A stretch of DNA of 64,000 nt from Deltaproteobacteria bacterium (lineage in GTDB: Bacteria > Myxococcota_A > Polyangia > Fen-1088). How positions within the stretch are numbered: the first letter of the stretch is position 1; the number at the start of each line of letters is the position of its first letter. The position numbers were made by a program, and so were the translations under genes. The notes below the pieces were generated by a model. It was not told where the DNA came from, did not search any database, and saw only the letters and a list, made by a program, of their open reading frames with translations. Positions 57,132 to 64,000 of the stretch are shown one piece after another. Location of the stretch: NCBI GenBank assembly GCA_033763315.1, contig JANRKS010000026.1, forward strand, positions 64,001-128,000, in the 5' to 3' direction.

Positions 57132-57941
57132 GTGTCCAAAGTCATTGTCGTCACCTCGGGTAAAGGTGGAGTCGGAAAAACCACCACAAGCGCCAATCTT
57201 GCAACAGGGCTTGCCATGCGAGGCCACAAGACAGTGGCCATCGATTTCGACGTGGGCTTGCGAAACCTGGACCTCGTCCTGGGTTGCGAACGCCGCGTGG
57301 TTTACGACTTCGTCAACGTCATCAAAGGCGAAGCGAAGCTGCAGCAAGCGCTCATTAAAGATAAGCGCATTGATAATCTTTACGTCCTCGCCGCTTCGCA
57401 GACGCGCGACAAAGACGCGCTTGAAGAAGAAGGCGTAGGCCGCGTGCTCAACGAGCTCAAAGAAATGGGCTTTGAGTACATCATCTGCGATTCGCCTGCC
57501 GGCATCGAAAAGGGCGCGCAAATGGCGATGTTCTTCGCAGATGAAGCCATCGTTGTGGCCAACCCGGAAGTGTCATCGGTGCGCGATTCCGATCGCGTGT
57601 TGGGCCTGCTCGCCGCAAAAACGGTGCGCGCGGCCAGCGGTGGGGCTCCGATCAAGAGCCACTTGCTGTTGACCCGCTACAACCCCTTGCGGGTGAAAAA
57701 GGGCGAAATGCTCAGCGTGGAAGACATCCTTGAGCTTTTGGGCATCCCGCTTTTGGGCGTGATTCCAGAATCCAAGATTGTGCTTTTATCCTCGAACAAA
57801 GGCACGCCAGCCATCCTCGACGAGGAATCGGACGTGGCGCAGGCCTATTTGGATGTTGTGTATCGCTTCTTGGGCGAAGAGCGCGAACAGCGTTTCATTC
57901 ACGAAGAAAAGCGCGGCATCTTGGCCCGGTTGTTCGGCTAA
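57132..57941 (+). CDS. minD: septum site-determining ATPase MinD
   Basis: GTG start with GGAGG SD, VVTSGKGGVGKTT, DFDVGLRNLDL, DSPAGIE, PEVSSVRDSDR and the C-terminal amphipathic KRGILARLFG. Confidence 0.97.
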   Translation: MSKVIVVTSGKGGVGKTTTSANLATGLAMRGHKTVAIDFDVGLRNLDLVLGCERRVVYDFVNVIKGEAKLQQALIKDKRIDNLYVLAASQTRDKDALEEEGVGRVLNELKEMGFEYIICDSPAGIEKGAQMAMFFADEAIVVANPEVSSVRDSDRVLGLLAAKTVRAASGGAPIKSHLLLTRYNPLRVKKGEMLSVEDILELLGIPLLGVIPESKIVLLSSNKGTPAILDEESDVAQAYLDVVYRFLGEEREQRFIHEEKRGILARLFG

Positions 57942-57961
57942 ACGCCGGTGGGGGAAGTGGC

Positions 57962-58255
57962 ATGTCATTAATCGATCTGTTTCGGCGTGGACGACCTCGG
58001 CCAGCAAGTCTGGCCAAAGAACGCCTCTCGATCATCGTGGCGCGCGAACGTGCGGCCACGCGAGGAGGAGGCCTCGACTACTTGCCGCAGCTTCAACAGG
58101 AATTGTTGGCGGTGCTGGCAAAGTACGAAGTGATTGACCTGCAAAACGTTTCAGTGAACCTGGATCGGCGCGACGATTGCGAGGTCCTTGAACTGAACAT
58201 CGTGCTTCCGGAAGTTCCGGAGCAACCCGTGGCGCGCAAACGCGCCGCCTTTTAA
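57962..58255 (+). CDS. minE: cell division topological specificity factor MinE
   Basis: MSLIDLF..ASLAKERLSIIVARER..YLPQLQQELLAVLAKY..VLELNIVLP. Confidence 0.95.
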   Translation: MSLIDLFRRGRPRPASLAKERLSIIVARERAATRGGGLDYLPQLQQELLAVLAKYEVIDLQNVSVNLDRRDDCEVLELNIVLPEVPEQPVARKRAAF

Positions 58256-58282
58256 ACCAACGCATCAGCGCCCGCGAGGGCG

Positions 58283-58951
58283 CTACATGCACGCTTGCTG
58301 TGCTGCCGAACAAGGCGCCGCCGCGGCAACCCAGCCGGCGGGCAGGCAGGTGCTTGGGAACAAATGGCAAGCGCCGGCGGGACTCGTGGCCCACGTCAGC
58401 GAACCGTCGCAACCAACACCTGCGGCTTGGCACCCCACCACAGCCGGGGCTTGCAAGCACTGCAACGTGGGCTCCACGGGCGAAGCGGTGATTGATTGGC
58501 AAAACGCATCCGCTTTGCAGGCGGACGCAGCAATCGCCGCACACGACGCACAAGCCCCCGCGCCATTGCAGTTGGCCGTGAAGTCGCGGACCACCGTGAA
58601 CTCTAGGGCCGGTGCCACACGCCGGAACGTGGTGGTGGCGAAAACGGCCGTGTTGTCGGGTGCCACCGTGACCCCGGCGATGCCCCTTTGGCCCATGAAC
58701 TCAGCCACACAACTGGCCCGGTGCTTGAGCGCGCTGGCCGACACCGGCTTGCCCGCCGCATCTGTGGTGGCCAGCGCCACCGCAAACCCGACCGTGCGAT
58801 CGGCCTGCGTTTGCAACTGAGCGCACCGCGCGGGCGTGTCGGCGCACACAAGGCCGCGTTTAAAGTCGGGCTCCCATGCGTCGTCACACGGATCGCCGAG
58901 ACAACCACTGCACAGCGCTGTCATGAACAGTGTTGCAAGCATTCGTTTCAT
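58283..58951 (-). CDS. Cys-rich hypothetical lipoprotein
   Basis: Lipobox-like CSGC and a Cys-rich C-terminus (CHLFPSTCLPAGW). ATGA overlap with the DAHP synthase stop. Confidence 0.65.
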   Translation of the reverse strand: MKRMLATLFMTALCSGCLGDPCDDAWEPDFKRGLVCADTPARCAQLQTQADRTVGFAVALATTDAAGKPVSASALKHRASCVAEFMGQRGIAGVTVAPDNTAVFATTTFRRVAPALEFTVVRDFTANCNGAGACASCAAIAASACKADAFCQSITASPVEPTLQCLQAPAVVGCQAAGVGCDGSLTWATSPAGACHLFPSTCLPAGWVAAAAPCSAAQQACM

Positions 58952-60366
58952 CGCGCTGCCCCACCTTCTTTCAAGAGTTTTGCCGTGCGGAACGCCATTT
59001 CCAGCGCCTGCCTGTAATTGAGCCGCGGGTCGCAGGCGCTTGCATAGTTGCGATCCAGATCGGCCTCACTCAGGCCGCCACCAATGCATTCGGTCACGTC
59101 GTCGCCGGTCAGTTCAAAATGAACACCACCTAGCACCGAGCCCGCGGCTTTGTGCACAGCAAAGGTTTGTTCCACTTCGCTCAGGATGTCGTCGAAGCTG
59201 CGCGTCTTGATGCCGCTGCCCAAAACCTGCCCGTTGCCGTGCATCGGATCACTCACCCACAGAACGTGCGCGCCCACTTTTTGAACGGCGTCCACCACGT
59301 TGGGCAGCGCGCGCGTCACGTTGGCGGCGCCCATGCGCGTGATCAACATGAGTTTGCCGGCTTCGTTCGCAGGATTTAACGCGCGCACCAGGCCCAGCAC
59401 CTCTTCAGGCGTGGCCTTGGGCCCCACTTTGACACCCACCGGATTGCGAATGCCGCGGAAAAAATCTATGTGCGCGCCGCCGAGATCACGGGTGCGCTCA
59501 CCAATCCACGGCAGGTGCGTGGTGAGATCATAGTAACCCGTGCGTCGTGGCACCTTACGCGTTTGCGCTGATTCGTAGTGCAGTGAGAGGCCTTCGTGGC
59601 TCGCAAAGAATTCGACGCGCGTCAGATCGTCAACAGGAGCCTCACCCAGCGCTTCCATGAAACGAATCGCTTCGCCAATCTCACGCGTCATGTGCGTGTA
59701 TTCGTGCCGCAACTCTTCCGGCAGCTCTGCGCGCGACAGGTTGCTGAGATCCCAAAATTCGGGATGGTGAAGATCCGCAAAACCACCCATCGTGAGCGAT
59801 CGCACGAAATTGATCGTGGCCGCCGAATGCAAATAGGCCTGCAACAACAATTCAGGATCAGGCGTGCGGGCTTGCACGGTGAAATCCTGGCGGTTCACCA
59901 GATCACCGAAGTAGCTCGGCAGTTCCACACCGTCGCGGCTCTCGGTGGGCTTTGAGCGCGGCTTTGCGTACTGCCCCGCAAAACGCCCCACGCGCACCAC
60001 CGGCCGTTTGGCGCCGTGGATCAGCACCACCGACATCTGCAGCAAGATCTTCAGCTTGTTGGCGATCACGTCCGGGCGGCAATCCGCCAACGTCTCCGCG
60101 CAATCACCCCCTTGCAACAAGAAGCGCTTGCCCGTTTCTGCATCAGCCATCAATGCGCGCAGGCGCTCAATCTCCCACGACGTCACCAAAGGCGGCAACG
60201 ATCGCAACTTGTTTGTCACCGCCAAAAGCTTCTCAGCGTCGGGGTATCCTATTTCCTGCGCGGCCGGCTTGGCCTTCCACGATTCCGGCGACCACGCGCT
60301 GCCAATGGCAGAGTTGGCAGAGGCCACGGGGATGGAAGCAGAGGCGGGATCAACGGGTGAGGTCAT
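58948..60366 (-). CDS. class II 3-deoxy-7-phosphoheptulonate (DAHP) synthase
   Basis: LLQGGDCAE, GRFAGQYAKPRS, WIGERTR, DPMHGN, GGVHFELTG..VTEC and CDPRLN. Confidence 0.96.
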   Translation of the reverse strand: MTSPVDPASASIPVASANSAIGSAWSPESWKAKPAAQEIGYPDAEKLLAVTNKLRSLPPLVTSWEIERLRALMADAETGKRFLLQGGDCAETLADCRPDVIANKLKILLQMSVVLIHGAKRPVVRVGRFAGQYAKPRSKPTESRDGVELPSYFGDLVNRQDFTVQARTPDPELLLQAYLHSAATINFVRSLTMGGFADLHHPEFWDLSNLSRAELPEELRHEYTHMTREIGEAIRFMEALGEAPVDDLTRVEFFASHEGLSLHYESAQTRKVPRRTGYYDLTTHLPWIGERTRDLGGAHIDFFRGIRNPVGVKVGPKATPEEVLGLVRALNPANEAGKLMLITRMGAANVTRALPNVVDAVQKVGAHVLWVSDPMHGNGQVLGSGIKTRSFDDILSEVEQTFAVHKAAGSVLGGVHFELTGDDVTECIGGGLSEADLDRNYASACDPRLNYRQALEMAFRTAKLLKEGGAAR

Positions 60367-60395
60367 AGCCTGCAAAATCTAGCAGGCCTTGTGCG

Positions 60396-62438
60396 CTATA
60401 GGCCGCCGCCTTCGAGCGATGGCAATTCGATCAACGGGATCTCGCTGCGTTTGCGCGGCACAATCGCCAACGGCGCCAAAGGCCCGAAAATTGGCGCATC
60501 AACCGGGATGAACGCGGGCGGCGTGGTCCACACCGACAACGCCTCCGCGCTGCGGGGCGCGGGCGGCACATCCCGGTCCGCGATGTCAGCCGAGGGCCAC
60601 CGCAGCCGCGTGTTGGCTTGCTGGGCCGCCAGCAGCGCTAAAAACGTGATGGGGTTATACGAGTAGATCACTTGATCAAGCGGCAACCCAGCGTGCTCGG
60701 AAAGCGCGTCGTTCCAAAAGATGTAAGGTTTAATGGCTTCGTCATAAACGCGCCGCTTGGCTTCGTCACTGATGCCTTGCAGCTCCGGTGAATTCACGAA
60801 CTCCGTCGGTGTTTGTTTGTCACCCCATTCGTGCGCGTGGCGGATCACAAAACGCCGCAACGCCTGCCGTGCGTCCAGATTTTCACTGCGGAAGAACTGC
60901 GACAATTCCGTTTGGCTCAAGGCTCCGTCGCTGGCACGGTTCACGAGATCCAGCACCATACCCCGGCGCATCCAGGGCCCATCGGATACGCCCGTGGCGT
61001 GTTTGAAAAACCGTCCGGCGTCGATGGGCAAACGATCGGCGCTGAAGATCTCAAACCGTGTCTCAGGCCCCACCTCAGCCCCGCGCTTTACAAACCCAAC
61101 ACGTCCGATGATTTCGCCCGACTCCACGCTGGCGTTCAGCAAAGTGACGCCACCAAACTTCAACGAGGCCAACGCGCGCCGATCGCGTTCCCGCACCAGG
61201 GTTTCAAGCCAAGGCACCCCTGATGATTCGGGCGCCTCTTGCAGCAGCAGGTGCGACAACAACGAGAAGAAGGTGATCGGCCCACCGGGCGTCTGCAGCT
61301 CATGTTTTATCAGCGCGAACGAGGTGGATGAAAGGCCATGTTTGCCAAACCGCGCCGCCACAATCGTGCCTCGCAATGGCGCGCGCACGGGGGCCCCCGG
61401 TGCGCCCCGAAAGTTCATACCCGAGTGCTGCAAGCCCGCGGGGCTCACAGGGTAAAACCCGGTGCTGCGCTCTTCCGCGCTTTCAAATGCCACGCGCGCG
61501 GTGCGGTTGATGGCGAGCTCATCGTCAAAAGGAAACCGCGTGTAGCCACCCACCTGCAACGGCAAGTAATAACCATTGAGGGCAGACATCAACTTCTTCC
61601 AGTCGAACGCGCCCGGATCCCACTTCTGTCGCCCCTCATCCACGTGTAAATGCCCCACGATGCCCTCAAACTGGCTTGGCTTTTCCAACGTATCCAATGA
61701 CGGCTCGCCATTGGGTCCCATTGGGATCACGGGGCCTATCTTGGGAAACACACGAATGATCGCGCGCGACAAGGCAATGATGGATCGATACTGCTCGGGC
61801 CGGTAATCAAAGGCTTTGTGTATGTGACCATTGATCAGCACGTCGCGCACGGGGCGCGTGCGATAGTCCGGCGGCAAACGCGAAAGCTCATTGCGGCTGG
61901 CGTCGGCGCGGTTGCAGATCTCCACGCCCACCGAGATCGTGTTGGCTTGTTCGGCGTGATAAGCACGCTCCACCAAATCCAGCGTTTGGTAAATCGTGCC
62001 GTCGGCATCCACCATGAAATGTGCGGACAAGCCACATCCACCGTCGGGGCGCGGCATGTCGTGCATGCTGTAAAAGCACGAGCGCGAATTCACGCAGCCG
62101 TCGTGGTGCAACACGAACTGCTTCACGATGCCTTGCAGCTCTTCGAGCGACCGGCCCTTCATGCCCGAACGTTTTCCAAAGCGCTTAAATTGACGCTGGC
62201 AGCAGGGGCTTTTGGCCTTCGCGCTCTCTTCGAGGCACAGCTCGGCATAACCGTCGAAGCCGCGCTCGGGATCGTCCCACAGCACCACGGGCCGCCCCAC
62301 GTCGAATTTCTGACCACCCACGACGATTTGCGTGTTGGTGGCGGCAAGCGTGGTTAAAGCGAGTAGCGCAAGCGATCCCATGGCCAAGGCGCTGGCAGGT
62401 TGCCGCACGCGGGGGCGCTGGGCAACGTCCAATGCCAC
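60396..62438 (-). CDS. N-acetylmuramoyl-L-alanine amidase (Amidase_2) fused to a degenerate M23/LytM-like domain
   Basis: FVLHHDG, SAHFMVD, AYHA, SVGVEI, IVGH and KWDPG, followed by HSGMNF..VRAPLRGTIVAAR..LSHL..VESGEIIGRVG..ETRFEI. Start uncertain (62438/62381). Confidence 0.8.
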   Translation of the reverse strand: MALDVAQRPRVRQPASALAMGSLALLALTTLAATNTQIVVGGQKFDVGRPVVLWDDPERGFDGYAELCLEESAKAKSPCCQRQFKRFGKRSGMKGRSLEELQGIVKQFVLHHDGCVNSRSCFYSMHDMPRPDGGCGLSAHFMVDADGTIYQTLDLVERAYHAEQANTISVGVEICNRADASRNELSRLPPDYRTRPVRDVLINGHIHKAFDYRPEQYRSIIALSRAIIRVFPKIGPVIPMGPNGEPSLDTLEKPSQFEGIVGHLHVDEGRQKWDPGAFDWKKLMSALNGYYLPLQVGGYTRFPFDDELAINRTARVAFESAEERSTGFYPVSPAGLQHSGMNFRGAPGAPVRAPLRGTIVAARFGKHGLSSTSFALIKHELQTPGGPITFFSLLSHLLLQEAPESSGVPWLETLVRERDRRALASLKFGGVTLLNASVESGEIIGRVGFVKRGAEVGPETRFEIFSADRLPIDAGRFFKHATGVSDGPWMRRGMVLDLVNRASDGALSQTELSQFFRSENLDARQALRRFVIRHAHEWGDKQTPTEFVNSPELQGISDEAKRRVYDEAIKPYIFWNDALSEHAGLPLDQVIYSYNPITFLALLAAQQANTRLRWPSADIADRDVPPAPRSAEALSVWTTPPAFIPVDAPIFGPLAPLAIVPRKRSEIPLIELPSLEGGGL

Positions 62439-62488
62439 GTCCGCCGGTGGTTTTGTCCGCGCTCGCTGGCCTCGGCATAGGGTTGTGC

Positions 62489-63925
62489 ATGACAAGCGCG
62501 TCCGCCTCGTTTCCCATGCTGGCCTTGGGCTGGCTGCTCACCGGCTGCACTTCGCCTCCCGTTGAAACACACGAAGTAAATGCCAATGCCACGACGTTGC
62601 CGCCCACGCCGCAGCCCAGCGCCGGGCCTCCGGCCGCCGCCAAACCCGAAACGCTGCCACCCGACGCCAAAGCAACGCCCGCGAAGGCGCATGCGTACGA
62701 CGGCCAAAACTTCATTGTTCACGAGTGGGGCACCCTGACCAGCGTGGTCAGCAGCGATGGCCGTCTGCTTGCCGGCCTGCACCATGAAGACGAGGATCTG
62801 CCCGGCTTCGTGGCAGACCGCATGGCCCAGGCCCAGGTGACGCCCGCCATCGTTCTTCAGAAGATGGAAACGCCGGTCACCTACTTCTATTCGCCCACGC
62901 CGCGTTCCGTGCAGGTGAAGGTGGAGTTTCCTCACGGCCTGTTCACGCAGTGGTTTCCGTACGTGGAAGACACGGGGCCACCCCTTTACCTTGAGCGCCC
63001 GGAGGACAAAACGTCGGTGGTGGATCCCTGGATTTCCAGCGCGTCGGCACTGCCGCCCGCGTGCGAGGAACGTACGACGGCCGCCACCACGCGCGCCTTT
63101 TTGAACTGGGGGCAAGTCGATGTGCTGGCGCCCGGCAGCGTCAGCAACTTGCCCGGGCCCTTGGGGGACACCACGTGGGGTTTCGCCCGACAAACCCAAG
63201 CCAATCCCGTGCAAGTGCAGGTGGCCGGAAAAACATACGCGGAGAAGTTTTTGTTTTACCGCGGCACAGGAACGTTCGTTCTGCCCGTGCAGGTCGCTGT
63301 GAAGCAAGACGGCGTCGTCGCCACGAACACCGATGTCAGCGCGGCCATGCGCAGCGCGTTTTTGTTGAACGTGACGCCCACCGGGGCGGGCTTTGTGGCG
63401 TTGGGTGACATCAAAGCCGCCGGCTCGCTGACAGCGCCCCTGCCCGCGGCCTCGCTGCCCCATCAAGATTTCGCAGATCAATTGGGCCAAGCGTTGGCCG
63501 CGGCGCTGGTGGCCGACGGACTTTATGCGGACGAAGCGCAGGCCATGGTGGCCACCTGGCGCCGTTCGTACTTCTTCACGCCAGGCCCTCGCCTGCTCTA
63601 CTTGCTGCCGGCCTCGCATACGGACGCCGTCATTCCGCTGCACATCGTGCCCAGGCCTGACCAGCTTCACCGCACGATGGTCATCCGCGTAGAACTTGTG
63701 TCTCCAGCGCTTGAACAGAGGCTCGACGCGGCCTTGCGCCGTTTGGCCGATCCCGCCTCGCACGGAGCGGCCCAATCCGAGCTTTTGGCTTACGGCCGCT
63801 TCACGCAGCCCTACCTCACGGACGCCGTTGCCCGTGCCACAGAGCCCAAAGTCAGAGCCGCCGGCCTGGCGCTGCTCGAGGCCGTCCGCGCGCAGCGGCG
63901 CTGGCGCCCCATAGCCCTCGAATGA
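62489..63925 (+). CDS. conserved hypothetical lipoprotein
   Basis: Lipobox LTGC, Pro-rich linker, and blocks VHEWGTLTSV, KMETPVTYFY, EKFLFYRG and GLYADEAQAMVATW. Confidence 0.75.
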   Translation: MTSASASFPMLALGWLLTGCTSPPVETHEVNANATTLPPTPQPSAGPPAAAKPETLPPDAKATPAKAHAYDGQNFIVHEWGTLTSVVSSDGRLLAGLHHEDEDLPGFVADRMAQAQVTPAIVLQKMETPVTYFYSPTPRSVQVKVEFPHGLFTQWFPYVEDTGPPLYLERPEDKTSVVDPWISSASALPPACEERTTAATTRAFLNWGQVDVLAPGSVSNLPGPLGDTTWGFARQTQANPVQVQVAGKTYAEKFLFYRGTGTFVLPVQVAVKQDGVVATNTDVSAAMRSAFLLNVTPTGAGFVALGDIKAAGSLTAPLPAASLPHQDFADQLGQALAAALVADGLYADEAQAMVATWRRSYFFTPGPRLLYLLPASHTDAVIPLHIVPRPDQLHRTMVIRVELVSPALEQRLDAALRRLADPASHGAAQSELLAYGRFTQPYLTDAVARATEPKVRAAGLALLEAVRAQRRWRPIALE

Positions 63926-64000
63926 CGGGTGCGCGCCCCGACAGCGGCGGACCTTCGGCAAGGCGATCGCCCCTTCACCCCCGCACTTCCTTGCACAACG

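Noticed and set aside
62354-63961. 535-aa minus-strand ORF (and similar long shadow ORFs at 38996-40438, 30253-31344, 33658-34731)
   Set aside because: Antisense to well-supported genes, Arg/Gly/Ala-rich and without motifs; typical high-GC shadow frames.
1-64000. CRISPR array, rRNA or long tandem repeats
   Set aside because: No regularly spaced repeats or rRNA-like sequence were seen in any intergenic region.

Overview
GC-rich bacterial window, most likely from a Myxococcota-like organism. This is inferred from the FHA-sigma54 activator, the Ser/Thr kinase with a PEGA-like tail, the DUF1592/DUF1552 genes, fused ccoNO and many lipoproteins. Housekeeping blocks: cbb3 oxidase ccoS-ccoNO-ccoQ-ccoP-ccoG, a DAACS symporter, an RluA/TruC pseudouridine synthase, a DHODH-like protein, peroxiredoxin, copA-copZ-csoR with a clear CsoR operator, a TrmH methylase, an EamA transporter, minCDE and a class II DAHP synthase. 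Accessory blocks: a large lipase-like lipoprotein, a VapBC pair, an AAA-DUF4143 ATPase plus a DUF1801-AlkD fusion lying between two halves of a decayed DUF1552 gene, IS91 and integrase-core remnants, two intact and one deleted beta-propeller histidine kinases, and a divergent double ATP-grasp/alpha-E/transglutaminase cluster. The best candidate for an undescribed system spans about 19.8-31.1 kb. There, a PEGA protein, two paralogous 12-Cys lipoproteins, an FHA-sigma54 activator and a membrane Ser/Thr kinase flank two sigma54 promoters. Both promoters carry the same upstream motif CTGYGGG-N14-CCCGTAGG-N6-CCTACAG. One precedes a heme-DUF1592/Tat-DUF1552/lipoprotein operon and the other precedes a catalytically altered esterase-like lipoprotein. 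No rRNA, tRNA or CRISPR array was seen. All family calls come from motif recognition by eye, with no database searches.
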